64,000 nt of DNA from Neoechinorhynchus agilis. Lineage: Eukaryota; Animalia; Acanthocephala. The DNA lies in assembly GCA_051530055.1 (NCBI GenBank), contig CM121342.1, positions 5,765,489 through 5,829,488 of the forward strand, given 5' to 3'. How positions within the stretch are numbered: position 1 is the first letter of the stretch; each line of letters begins with the position of its first letter. The notes under the pieces are model-generated. The model searched no databases and had not been told where the DNA came from. It saw only the letters and a program-made list of their open reading frames with translations. A program made the translations under genes and the position numbers. This document shows positions 38,385-53,916 of the stretch, piece after piece.

Positions 38385-39680
38385 ATCTATCGAAACATTC
38401 CGACATTCCCCCCTAAGGTTGATCATTTCTTGTTTTTTTAAATATGGAAAAAGTACTAAAAATAAAATTTTATTTACTTTTATCGCGATCGCATCAGAGC
38501 AAACATCTTTACTAGTAGATAATTTTGTCCCGTAAAATGACTGAACATTCTCACCTCTCGAAACATTCCGCCATCTTGTAAGTGTTTTTAAATATGGAAA
38601 AAGTACTAAAAATAAAATTTTATTTACTTTTATCGCGATCGCATCAGAGCAAACATCTTTACTAGAAGATAATTTTGTCCCGTAAAATGACTGAACATTC
38701 TCACCTCTCGAAACATTCCGCCATCTTGTAAGTGTTTTTAAATATGGAAAAAGTACTAAAAATAGAATTTTATTTACTTTTATCGCGATCTCATCAGAGC
38801 AAACATCTTTACTAGAGATAATTTTGTCCCGTTGTGTTTCTATCGAATAAACAAGGAAACATCTTTACTAGTAGATAATTTTGTCCCGTAAAATGACTGA
38901 ACATTCTCACCTCTCGAAACATTCCGCCATCTTGTAAGTGTTTTTAAATATGGAAAAAGTACTAAAAATAGAATTTTATTTACTTTTATCGCGATCGCAT
39001 CAGAGCAAACATCTTTACTAGAAGATAATTTTGTCCCGTAAAATGACTGAACATTCTCACCTCTCGAAACATTCCGCCATCTTGTAAGTGTTTTTAAATA
39101 TGGAAAAAGTACTAAAAATAGAATTTTATTTACTTTTATCGCGATCTCATCAGAGCAAACATCTTTACTAGAGATAATTTTGTCCCGTAAAATGACTGAA
39201 CATTCTCATCTATCGAATAAACGAAGGACAACATCTTTACTAGTAGATAATTTTGTCCCGTAAAATGACTGAACATTCTCACCTCTCGAAACATTCCGCC
39301 ATCTTGTAAGTGTTTTTAAATATGGAAAAAGTATTAAAAATAGAATTTTATTTACTTTTATCGCGATCGCATCAGAGCAAACATCTTTACTAGAAGATAA
39401 TTTTGTCCCGTAAAATGACTGAACATTCTCACCTCTCGAAACATTCCGCCATCTTGTAAGTGTTTTTAAATATGGAAAAAGTACTAAAAATAGAATTTTA
39501 TTTACTTTTATCGCGATCGCATCAGAGCAAACATCTTTACTAGTAGATAATTTTGTCCCGTAAAATGACTGAACATTCTCACCTCTCGAAACATTCCGCC
39601 ATCTTGTAAGTGTTTTTAAATATGGAAAAAGTACTAAAAATAGAATTTTATTTACTTTTATCGCGATCGCATCAGAGCAA
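38385..39680. repeat. ~150-bp tandem array (~8 copies)
   Basis: AAATGACTGAACATTCTCACCTCTCGAAAC recurs at ~150-bp spacing (38536, 38686, ...). Confidence 0.95.
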
Positions 39681-40716
39681 ACGATTTTATCGCGTAAAAC
39701 TAAAATAAGAACAGAAAAAACCCTTTAATGAATTGTTCAAAAACCAAATGGAGTTTAAAAAACAGTCGTGTGCGGGCTTTTGGTACCTTAATAGCTGATA
39801 GATTTATCATGTTCGTCTGGTCGATCAATGTCTAAGAGTGTTTTTTGGGGAGGAATAGTGCATTCGTGCCGTCGTTTTCTCATCCTTTTCTCCCTTTAGT
39901 CATAGAACACACACACAAGAGAGCGTTTACGCCGATTCGTGTGTTCATCACGCAAATGATCCCAAATACATACTTTTGGTGTCATATAGAGATTGAGAGC
40001 ACGACGTATTTAAGAGATTTAGAACTTTTGAAGAAAACTGTAGAACAATGTCTTCTTGTATAAAAAATGTAGATATGACTAGCACGCGAGCCGTGTATCC
40101 AAGTCTCGAAACCTAGACCTTTTCGCTCGTCTGTAGAGCACACGCAAACTTCTATTTAATGGGAAAGAGGAGAACAATAAACATTCGGGTCAATTGCTTT
40201 TAGAATCAATATCTATAATCAATCGAACGCCTAATATTGAATTAGTGTCTTAGAACTGTTTCTCTGGCGCAAAGAAATTTGATTGGTTGCGGACTCTGTA
40301 AACAAAATGAAAAAAAAAGATGTACAAAATTATGTGCTTTTCCGAAAATCTAATTTCTTCGCTAGAAAAAAAAACGATTTTTTTAAATTGACCCTTTGCG
40401 GTTTTTGAACAATTCTGATAATAAATTTTGGTGGAATCCGATTGGTTTCGGACTGAGAAATCTGTTCAAAATTAACGCATAAACACGAATAATTTCATAA
40501 TAAACACAAATCAGTCCGAAAAAAGGGCACTGAAAAAACCCAGAGAAAATGGATTCCAAGTGATGTATTTAAAGATGTCTGAATGAATAGTTATCGTAAT
40601 CCAATAATACCGTGTTTTTTTCTATATTTTAATCCATCCGACTAACCCCTCCATTTTCAAGGAGCGAATTTAATCGGAAAAACGGTTTGGTTTTTAATTC
40701 TATTAATCCGCAAGTT

Positions 40717-42795
<2,079 letters not shown>

Positions 42796-44199
42796 CTGAA
42801 AGCGGAGCTTTAAATGTCTTAGGAAACCTCGAGAACGCAAACGATTCTTAAACGAGGAGCGTACGCTTAAATCTCAACTTGAAACGAGAGCTTTTTTTTA
42901 AACAAGACAGAATTTATGTGGAGATTTGGATACACGAGTTCTCTCTCCAAATGGCACGACAGAACTCGTATTTAGTCATGTCAGCCGGATTCTAGAAAAA
43001 TTCTTTGAAGAGATTTTAGGTTTTTTTTTCGAAAAACCACAACAAATTGCGATAATGAGGCTACAATTTCAATATAACGCGCACGTTAGCCAATCAGATT
43101 ACACCTTTGCGGTGTTTAAATTGTTTCGCGATTTTCTTTTGTTGAAGAAACTATAAATTATGTATGTTCGAAAAAAAAGGACATTATAAAAAATGAAAAT
43201 TAAGAATCTATGCCTTGCTTTAGAAGAAAAAATTCGATTTTATAAAAAAATTTAATATACGAATTTGCTTACCCGATTTATCATCATTTTTTGAACAGTT
43301 ACGAGTTCAAAATTTACGAAGATCTGAAACAGAAAAGACAGTTCGTCGTTTTATCCACGAATCATCAGAAGCATTCTGATTTTAACTTTTGAGCGAAAAT
43401 GAGTATGACTCTTTGATCATGTCATTGATATGAAAAATGCGAGAGTTTTCTAATGGTCGCAATGTTGGAAAATATCGCTTTTTTCCTCTTTGAAAACCCT
43501 ATAAATATAAAAAACAGAGGAATGCTAATCTTTTGACCAATTAAGAAGCACAATTTTCATTTTCAAATCGTATAATAAGCAATCTCAAATCCGTCCTAAT
43601 CAGAAAAAATTGATGCTAAAATCTCTAAATGCAAAAATAATTCGGATAATAATTTTATTGATAAAAGTAGAGAAGATAGGTTTGGAAAACGTTTCCCGTC
43701 GGGTGGGGGAAAGTGGAGAGTTTGTGAAGTTGGATCCTTCCTCAGGTTTATAAGAAGCTGAGATTGAAGAAGGATGAAAAGAATTGGGATTGCAAGTGTT
43801 TTTTGCTCGATATGACGATCAAACTTCAAAAACTAACCTGCGCATTATTAGTTTTAGGCGATCAATAATAATCATTAATAACCGATTTCTATTTATTATA
43901 ACATTGCTGATTCCTTAATATAGTTCCACTTTCGCATAAATAGAAATATCGTTTTGCCAAAAAGATTTGGGATTTGTAGAAAACTGAGTGTCAAACATGC
44001 ATTCTCGATTCGTCGAATCGATTCTTATTATTGTTAATAATATTTACGAAAAATCATTCAGAGTCTTAAAGCATGTTTTTGCCCAATAATGATGCTTTTA
44101 GTGCCATGGTAGCAAAATTATTTTTTGTTTAAGTATAAAATTTTAATAAAACGAGCGTGATATCGTGTCACAACACGTTTTGTTATTGTTTAAAAGTAA

Positions 44200-46700
44200 A
44201 GGACCCACGAATGTTTGGGTCCTCATGAACACTCGAATTGGGGGAAGTTGGTGGTCCGTATCTTTTCTAAGGTTCATTTCGGTTCCTGGAAAAACCAGAA
44301 GTTGAGAAGATGGTGAGCACTGACGATTGCAGCGGTCATTGGAACTCAATCTCCGCCGATTCTGGATCTTCCACCAGAGTCCATTTTGTCTACTAATGTT
44401 CAGGGCAATCGTAGCGGCGACCGGTGCAGTTCTCTTTTGTTGTTTGGCCATCTTTTCCGAGTATTTAATAATAAAACGTTTATTTGTTAATTAACAAGAG
44501 AATCCATGCAACTTTGGGTCCGCCGGAACACTCGAGTTCTGAATTGTTGAATGAATGTTGATTTTGGAGTGGATTACGGGTTTGATCAGAGGAGAGTTTA
44601 TGAGGTTGGATCTTTCCGCAGGTCCATTTCGGTTCCTGGAAAAACCAGAAGTTGAGAAGATGGTGAGCACTGACGATTGCAGCGGTCACTGGAACTCAAT
44701 CTCCGCTGATTCTGGATCTTCCACCAGAGTCCATTTTGTCTACTAATTTTCAGGGCAATCGTAGCGGCGACCGGTGCAGTTCTCTTTTGTTGTTTGGCCA
44801 TCTTTTCCGAGTATTTAATAATAAAACGTTTATTTGTTAATTAACAAGAGAATCCATGCAACTTTGGGTCCGCCGGAACACTCGAGTTCTGAATTGTTGA
44901 ATGAATGTTGATTTTGGAGTGGATTACGGGTTTGATCAGAGGAGAGTTTATGAGGTTGGATCTTTCCGCAGGTCCATTTCGGTTCCTGGAAAAACCAGAA
45001 GTTGAGAAGATGGTGAGCACTGACGATTGCAGCGGTCACTGGAACTCAATCTCCGCTGATTCTGGATCTTCCACCAGAGTCCATTTTGTCTACTAATTTT
45101 CAGGGCAATCGTAGCGGCGACCGGTGCAGTTCTCTTTTGTTGTTTGGCCATCTTTTCCGAGTATTTAATAATAAAACGTTTATTTGTTAATTAACAAGAG
45201 AATCCATGCAACTTTGGGTCCGCCGGAACACTCGAGTTCTGAATTGTTAAATGAATGTTGATTTTGGAGTGGATTACGGGTTTGATCAGAGGAGAGTTTA
45301 TGAGGTTGGATCTTTCCGCAGGTTCATTTCGGTTCCTGGAAAAACCAGAAGTTGAGAAGATGGGGAGCACTGACGATTGCAGCGGTCACTGGAACTCAAT
45401 CTCCGCCGATTCTGGATCTTCCACCAGAGTCCATTTTGTCTACTAATTTTCAGGGCAATCGTAGCGGCGACCGGTGCAGTTCTCTTTTGTTGTTTGGCCA
45501 TCTTTTCCGAGTATTTAATAATAAAACGTTTATTTGTTAATTAACAAGAGAATCCATGCAACTTTGGGTCCGCCGGAACACTCGAGTTCTGAATTGTTGA
45601 ATGAATGTTGATTTTGGAGTGGATTACGGGTTTGATCAGAGGAGAGTTTATGAGGTTGGATCTTTCCGCAGGTCCATTTCGGTTCCTGGAAAAACCAGAA
45701 GTTGAGAAGATGGTGAGCACTGACGATTGCAGCGGTCATTGGAACTCAATCTCCGCCGATTCTGGATCTTCCACCAGAGTCCATTTTGTCTACTAATTTT
45801 CAGGGCAATCGTAGCGGCGACCGGTGCAGTTCTCTTTTGTTGTTTGGACATCTTTTCCGAGTATTTAATAATAAAACGTTTATTTGTTAATTAACAAGAG
45901 AATCCATGAAACTTTGGGTCCGCCGGAGCACTCGAGTTCTGAATTGTTAAATGAATGTTGATTTTGGAGTGGATTACGGGTTTGATCAGAGGAGAGTTTA
46001 TGAGGTTGGATCTTTCCGCAGGTTCATTTCGGTTCCTGGAAAAACCAGAAGTTGAGAAGATGGGGAGCACTGACGATTGCAGCGGTCACTGGAACTCAAT
46101 CTCCGCTGATTCTGGATCTTAAACCAGAGTCCATTTTGTCTACTAATTTTCAGGGCAATCGTAGCGGCGACCGGTGCAGTTCTCTTTTGTTGTTTGGCCA
46201 TCTTTTCCGAGTATTTAATAATAAAACGTTTATTTGTTAATTAACAAGAGAATCCATGCAACTTTGGGTCCGCCGGAACACTCCAGCTCCGATTTGTTGA
46301 ATGAATGTTGATTTTGGAGTGGATTACGGGTTTGATCAGAGGAGAGTTTATGAGGTTGGATCTTTCCGCGGGTCCATTTCGTTTCCTGGAAAAACCAGAA
46401 GTTGAGACGATGTTGAGCACTGACGATTGCAGCGGTCATTGGAACTCAATCTCCGCCGATTCTGGATCTTCCACCAGAGTCCATTTTGTCTACTAATTTT
46501 CAGGGCAATCGTAGCGGCGACCGGTGCAGTTCCCTTTTGTTGTTTGGTCATCTTTTCCGAGTATTTAATAATAAAACGTTTATTTGTTAATTAACAAGAG
46601 AATCCATGCAACTTTGGGTCCGCTGGAACACTCGAGTTCTGAATTGTTGAATGAATGTTGATTTTGGGAGAATTTATGAGGTTGGATCTTTTCTAAGGTT
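44200..46700. repeat. 350-bp tandem array (~7 copies)
   Basis: ORF set recurs at exact 350-bp offsets (44480/44830, 44555/44905/45255/45605). Confidence 0.97.
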
Positions 46701-47450
46701 CATTTCGGGTCTCGATATCCGAGAGAGAAGATTGGGCAATGGAATAAAATTTTGTAAAAATAGAGACGTTTTGATTGTTTTATTAAAATTTTATAAAGGC
46801 ATTCATTGAACGAAGGAAAATCAACTGTGCAAATCTTAGACACTCTTCTCCGTGATACGACGCTGAAGTAAAATTTGGAGAGATCGAGCGAAAGGATTAA
46901 AAAATGGAGGAGGCTTTTAAGGAGGTAAATTTTAAAGGTGGGCCCAATTCAGATTTGATTGAAATTGGAATCTCAAAATTCTGAGTGAGATGACTATCTG
47001 GAAGATCGGGGAAGGATGTGAAGTTGCGGGAGATTGAGAGGGGATCATTTCGAAGCATTTAGAGAAGTTCAATTAAAGTTTGTGATTGTGTGTGATTTCG
47101 TTAGATGTTAACGAGGAGATTGTGAAGATGAGATTCGAGCCAGCGGATCTGCCGAGCGCTTTGATTAAAATCGGAACAGTAATAGAAGAGTAGTGAATAG
47201 TCCACGGAATCGAGACGGGTGATGTGAGATGGATTATTGGGTAGAAACGTGCCATAGACGCAAAGTTGGGAATCCGTTGCAGAAAATTTGGGTCGAAAGC
47301 CATTGAGAGGTGAAACAAAGCGAGTTTGTAAACATTTTTCGATGATTTTTGAAAGAGTTCTTGAAGAATGAGGACAAAAAATCATATGAATAAAATACTG
47401 TCTTTGTAAGCAATTCACGAAAAATCAGTTTTACCTACGCGACTGCAATT
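46700..47450 (-). mobile_element. Degenerate APE-class LINE (CR1/L2-like) reverse-transcriptase relic
   Basis: LSKIIEKCLQTRF..NGFRPKFSATDSQL, LDSVDYSLL and IRWLESHLHN echo the LSKxxEK, GFRxxxST, FDSVDHxLL and WIxSYL motifs; SELGPPLK may be the remnant of QGSxLGP. Confidence 0.5.
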
Positions 47451-48099
47451 ACCGTAAACTGACTGCGAATACTCGGCAATCTTCTTCGGTCTTTCAATCT
47501 GAATCTTGGAATTTGTGAAATAGATATCATTAAAAATCAATGGCACGGATTAAAGCGAAAAATGTTGAAATTCGCAGGTTATTTTGCAGATAAGCATTCG
47601 CTGGGTACTTTTTTAGTTAAGAATCGCCAAATTCAGCTTACCATCTTAACTTTATAAATTTAAAACGGTCCAACCGTAATAACCGGCACAGTTTAAAAGT
47701 ATTAAAACGCTTGATTAAGAATAGCGATACATTTGTAATGTCCTGAAATGTAGATTTGTGTACGTTCGGAGAACTCCCGCCCTTAGTATTTATACAATGG
47801 ATTCTTGGGTCACACCACAATCAACGGGACTTTAATACATCGAAGATTTCAATGAGTCCGGAAATCTACAACGGCTAGCAATCCCAAACAAGAGAATAGA
47901 AAATAATGGATCAACCGAACGACTTATATATACGAGAAATACTAAATTGCGAGTTAAACAAAGTTAATCTCAATATTAAAAAGACAAATGTTCGAAAAGT
48001 AAACTTAAGAAAACAAGCATCCGCAACTTCAATCCACTAATGAGGACGATTTCGTACTTATGAAGCGTTTTGTTGTGGTTACAGTTCGATTTAATGGTA

Positions 48100-49710
48100 T
48101 TCAACTCTAAAATTGGGAAGTCAAAGATTTGAGTCAGTATATGAAGAAAAAATAATGAAATCGAAGATAAAAGATAAATTTAAATGGTATTAAATAAAAT
48201 TGAGAAGTCAGAGACTGGAGTTAGTATATGAAAATAAAATAATGAAATCGAAGATAAAAGATAAATTTAAATGGTATTAAATAAAATTGAGAAGTCAAAG
48301 ATTTGAGTTACCGAACCTTGATAGTTGGGGAAAATACGGAAAATAATGGCTGAGGTCTGAGTTAGTAAATGAAAATAAAATAATGAGATCGAAAATAGTT
48401 TTAAATAGCATTAAATAAAATTGATTAGTCAAAGATTTGAGTTAGTATATGAAAATAAAATAATGAGATAAAAAATAGTTTTAAGTAGCATTAAATAAAA
48501 TTGAGAAGTCAAAGATTTGAGTTAGTATATGAAAATAAAATAATGAGATCGAAAATAGTTTTAAATAGCATTAAATAAAATTGATTAGTCAAAGATTTGA
48601 GTTAGTATATGAAGAAAAAATAATGAAATCGAAGATAAAAGATAAATTTAAATGGTATTAAATAAAATTGAGAAGTCAGAGACTGGAGTTAGTATATGAA
48701 AATAAAATAATGAGATCGAAAATAGTTTTAAGTAGCATTAAATAAAATTGAGAAGTCAAAGATTTGAGTTACCGAACCTTGATAGTTGGGGAAAACACGG
48801 AAACTAATGGCTGAGGTCTGAGTTAGTAAATGAAAATAAAATAATGAGATCGAAAATAGTTTTAAATAACATTAAATAAAATTGATTAGTCAAAGATTTG
48901 AGTTAGTAGATGAAAATAAAATAATGAGATCGAAAATAGTTTTGAATAGCATTAAATAAAATTGATTAGTCAAAGATTTGAGTTAGTATATGAAAATAAA
49001 ATAATGAGATCGAAAATAGTTTTAAGTAGCATTAAATAAAATTGAGAAGTCAAAGATTTGAGTTAGTAGATGAAAATAAAATAATGAGATCGAAAATAGT
49101 TTTAAATAGCATTAAATAAAATTGATTAGTCAAAGATTTGAGTTACCGAACCTTGATAGTTGGGGAAAATACGGAAACTAATGGCTGAGGTCTGAGTTAG
49201 TAAATGAAAAGAATGAGATCAAAGAAAAAAATAGTTTTAAATAGCCTTAAATAAAATTGATTAGTCAAAGATTTGAGTTAGTATATGAAAATAAAATAAT
49301 GAGATCGAAAATAGTTTTAAGTAGCATTAAATAAAATTGATTAGTCAAAGATTTGAGTTTGTATATGAAAATAAAATAATGAGATCGAAAATAGTTTTAA
49401 GTAGCATTAAATAAAATTGAGAAGTCAAAGATTTGAGTTTGTATATGAAAATAAAATAATGAGATCGAAAATAGTTTTAAGTAGCATTAAATAAAATTGA
49501 GAAGTCAAAGATTTGAGTTAGTAAATGAAAATAAAATAATGAGATCGAAAATAGTTTTAAATGGTATTCAACTCCAAGATTTATTAATCAAAGATTTGAG
49601 TTACCGAACCTTGATAGTTGGGGAAAATATGGAAACTGATGGCTGAGGTCTGAGTTAGTAAATGAAAAGAATGAGATCAAAGATAAAAAATAGTTTTAAA
49701 TAGCATTAAA
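48100..49710. repeat. AT-rich ~80-bp tandem array with four ~50-bp inserts
   Basis: GAGTTAGTATATGAAAATAAAATAATGAG recurs; ACCGAACCTTGATAGTTGGGG insert at ~48311, 48771, 49147 and 49604. Confidence 0.93.
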
Positions 49711-49720
49711 TCACTTCTAC

Positions 49721-50023
49721 TTCGGCAGCTAAATGAAGAGCAGTTTCTCCATTGTTATTGACGTGATCAACTTTGTCTTTGAAAACACGGCTGATCGGTT
49801 CACGCCATCGATCGATCGCAAAGAAAAAGGCGATTTCTTGCCGGATTTCGTAAATGATGTCCTTTTCACGGTTGCACTTAAAAATTTGGGCACTCACCTT
49901 TCGTTTCTCCTTTACTACTTCTTTTGGTTCTTTTTTCGTGAGATTATGGAGTTTTTTTAAAATATTGGGCGGTCCAAAAATCGATTTACAAGATTTCGAG
50001 CGGAAAAAGATGAAAGAACCCAA
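49721..50023 (-). CDS. Exon containing the start of an ankyrin repeat
   Basis: VNNNGETALHLAAE followed by a GT donor; remaining exons not traced. Confidence 0.5.
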
Positions 50024-50504
50024 AAAAAGTGGTGAAGCTAAGAAAAATTAGTTCAAAGATGAGAGCAAATGCCGGGAACCGTTTATATTCTGATCAAATT
50101 TTAAAGGATCGGAAATTGATTTCGTTTATTTGGGCGGCTTTGTGTGTGTTTAAAACGATCGCTTCAAAGTTGAATTTTAGAACACGAAAAACCCGTTCTA
50201 AAGTTTTTAACGAATGAATGCCAAAAAACTATTTATTGAAACTATCGATGGATACAGCCATCGAAACTAACTGAGATCTGCCGTTCTCAGTTAAAAAAAA
50301 CGAAAACACTTCTTCGCACTTTGTGAGGCTGAGCAATTCCATAACGCAACTTTTAATCGAAGCAACTGAACAAATCTTCGGGAAACGCAACCGCTCGAGA
50401 AACTTGAGATTAACAGCGAAGAACGGTGCTATTTTGCCATGAGATCAAAGGTCACGACGTCGTTTCCAAACGAAGTTACTGATGTGAAAGAATCGTTCTT
50501 TTGT

Positions 50505-51850
50505 TTCCCACGAAATTTCTCTTATTTTGAAGGCTTTTAATAAAGAAAAAGTCAAATTTAAAATCCGTCCACTGTTCTGTTGTTTCCTACGAAATTTCTC
50601 TTATTTTGAAGGCTTTTAATAAAGAAAAAGTCAAATTTAAAATCCGTCCAACGTTCTGTTGTTTCCCACGAAATTTCTCTTATTTTGAAGGCTTTTAATA
50701 AAGAAAAAGTCAAAATTTAAAATCCGTCCACCGTTCTATTGTTTCCCACGAAATTTCTCTTATTTTGAAGGCTTTTAATAAAGAAAAAGTCAAATTTAAA
50801 ATCCGTCCACCGTTCTATTGTCCACGAAATTTCTCTTATTTTGAAGGCTTTTAATAAAGAAAAAGTCAAAATTTAAAATCCGTCCACCGTTCTATTGTTT
50901 CCCACGAAATTTCTCTTATTTTGAAGGCTTTTAATAAAGAAAAAGTCAAAATTTAAAATCCGTCCAACGTTCTATTGTTTCCCACGAAATTTCTCCTATT
51001 TTGAAGGCTTTTAATAAAGAAAAAGTCAAATTTAAAATCCGTCCAACGTTCTTTTGTTTCCCACGAAATTTCTCTTATTTTGAAGGCTTTTAATAAAGAA
51101 AAAGTCAAATTTAAAATCCGTCCACCGTTCTATTGTTTCACGAAATTTCTTATTTTGAAGGCTTTTAATAAAGAAAAAGTCAAATTTAAAATCCGTCCAA
51201 CGTTCTATTGTTTCCCACGAAATTTCTCTTATTTTGAAGGCTTTTAATAAAGAAAAAGTCAAATTTAAAATCCGTCCACCGTTCTATTGTTTCCCACGAA
51301 ATTTCTCTTATTTTGAAGGCTTTTAATAAAGAAAAAGTCAAAATTTAAAATCCGTCCAACGTTCTATTGTTTCCCACGAAATTTCTCCTATTTTGAAGGC
51401 TTTTAATAAAGAAAAAGTCAAATTTAAAATCCGTCCATCGTTCTTTTGTTTCCCACGAAATTTCTCTTATTTTGAAGGCTTTTAATAAAGAAAAAGTCAA
51501 ATTTAAAATCCGTCCACCGTTCTATTGTTTCCCACGAAATTTCTCTTATTTTGAAGGCTTTTAATAAAGAAAAAGTCAAATTTAAAATCCGTCCACCGTT
51601 CTATTGTTTCCCTCGAAATTTCTCTTATTTTGAAGGCTTTTAATAAAGAAAAAGTCAAAATTTAAAATCCGTCCACCGTTCTATTGTTTCCCTCGAAATT
51701 TCTCTTATTTTGAAGGCTTTTAATAAAGAAAAAGTCAAATTTAAAATCCGTCCAACGTTCTATTGTTTCCCTCGAAATTTCTCTTATTTTGAAGGCTTTT
51801 AATAAAGAAAAAGTCAAATTTAAAATCCGTCCACCGTTCTTTTGTTTCCG
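50505..51850. repeat. 79-bp tandem array (~17 copies)
   Basis: GTTTCCCACGAAATTTCTCTTATTTTGAAGGC recurs every 78-80 bp. Confidence 0.97.
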
Positions 51851-52078
51851 CCGAAATTTTTATTCAACCCAAACTGTAAACAACTGCTTTTTCGTTTGTT
51901 CAAAAAAAACGTGAACTTCCCATCCGTTGCCTTGGTTGCCTGTATTCTTAGGTTCAATCAAAGCAGAAATCCCGTTTTTTTTCGTGGACGATACATAAAG
52001 CAATTCGGTTTGATTGTCTCTGTTCTTAAAATATTGATGTTTTTTTCTAAAGTTTCGTATCACTTCTTGTCTCTAAGA

Positions 52079-53916
52079 ATGTTCAATATATTTTCTAAAG
52101 CACTGATTATTTTTTCTGTGAGTTTGCTGCAATTTTCGAGATGCGAACCTGCATGTACGGCGCAATTCTATTGCGATAGGAAATATTTATTGGCTATAGG
52201 CCAATCCAGAGCGTACGATGACTCAAAATCAGTTGTCGATTTGATAATGAAAGATGATTGGTCAAAATTCGAACGCAACTTTTCATTGGAACTAATTAAA
52301 GCTGGGAATGATTCATTGAAAGTGAGGGAAGTAATGAAAAAGTATTTCACTGGGCCTGGAGGGGAACTCGTAGAAGTGGTTCCACCTGATTGGAGCAGTG
52401 ATTTGACACCATTTAGATCATTGGTTAATAAAGGACAATATCGCAATTTCGCTATGCATTTGAATAATCTCTGGAAAAAACTGTGTCGACAACAAGTTTC
52501 AAATCTTAATTTTAACCGGACTTCGATTTTACCAATGAAGTATTTGAATATTGTACCAGGCGGTCGTTTTAGGGAGCCATATTACTGGGATTCTTATTGG
52601 ACTGCAAAAGGAGCTCTACTTTGTGGGTTGACTTTTACAGTAAAACTGATGATTTTAAATATGGTTGAAAGTATTCGACAGTATGGATTTGTACCAAACG
52701 GTGGACGCATCTACTACACGACTCGCTCCCAACCTCCAGTGCTTACTTTAATGGTCGACGACTATTACGGCTACACCGGCAACCTTGGTTTCGTTAAGGA
52801 AATTATAGGCGATCTTGAAAACGAATACGATTTCTGGCTAAAGAATCGGCAAGTGAAGATTGAAGGGCATCCAAGTGAATCTATTTTGTTTCAATACAGG
52901 ACAAATATAACCGAAGAGCGTCCAGAATCTTTTATTGAAGATAATCTTACAGCAAAGGAAGCAAAATTACACATGAATAGAACAAAAGAGCAGGTTTTTA
53001 TCGATATTACTTCCGCTACTGAAAGTGGATGGGATTTTAGCAGTACTACGTGTTGGTACTTCAAAATACTGTTCGGTAGTATCAACTGCTTAGATGGTTA
53101 GCTTATAAAGGTCCACACAGTGAAAAATTATATAGCATACGGACAACCAAAATAGTCCCTGTTTGTCTTAATAGCATCCTATTCCTCGTATCTGATAAAC
53201 TAATGAGATTTAATATACTTTTGAACAATACCAAAAGAGCGAAATATTTCGGGGATCAACGATCAAGGATAAAAAACGGGATAGCGATTTATATGTGGGA
53301 TCCGGATGATGCTCAATGGTATGATTACGATCTCGAATCTAAAAGTAAACATAAAGCACCGTATGCTTCAAATTATTTTCCTTTATGGGCACGAAGTCAC
53401 CAACTCACTACTCAGGAACTCTCAGAAGTTCTTAGAAAGATGAACGTGGATGCAGTTTCGTTCTCAAATCGAACAGTTAAACGGAATCTGGTTAACGTCC
53501 AGCAATGGGATATGCCAAATACTTGGGCTCCACTTCAAGACATTCTTATCCAAGGTCTCATCAACACGAGGCTTGCAAGTGGACTCGAAATGGCGTGGAA
53601 AATCGCATCTTCTTGGATTGATAATAATATGAAAACTCTAATGAGCACCGGTAGTATGTTTGAAAAATACAACGCTTTTATTCCTGGCTCTCCGGGTGCA
53701 AATGGCGAGTACACTGTTCAGGATGGATTCGGCTGGACTAATGGAGTAGCTCTTAGATATCTCTTTCTCTATGGTCACAGATTTCATAGCCGGAAATCAG
53801 CCGATAAGTGGCGAATAGCTACTCGCCTCACTGAGAGCAAACAAAGGAATGGAGGAAAGCAATCGAAGGAAAGGAGGTTCCTTCTCAATGTGAGACCAAT
53901 TGATTATTTTGTTTGA
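52079..53916 (+). CDS. TREH: Secreted trehalase, glycoside hydrolase family 37 (2 exons)
   Basis: Signal-peptide-like N-terminus; VPGGRFREPYYWDSYW, PNGGRIYYTTRSQPP, ESGWDFS, QQWDMPNTWAP, MFEKYN, GEYTVQDGFGWTNGV; 44-nt GT-AG intron near 53050-53093. Confidence 0.95.

Noticed and set aside
38780-39160. CTGATGAG on the minus strand of some 150-bp units; CTGATGA in the 67-bp array and at 63674
   Set aside because: No matching stem II plus GAAA; in the 150-bp array most units read CTGATGC.
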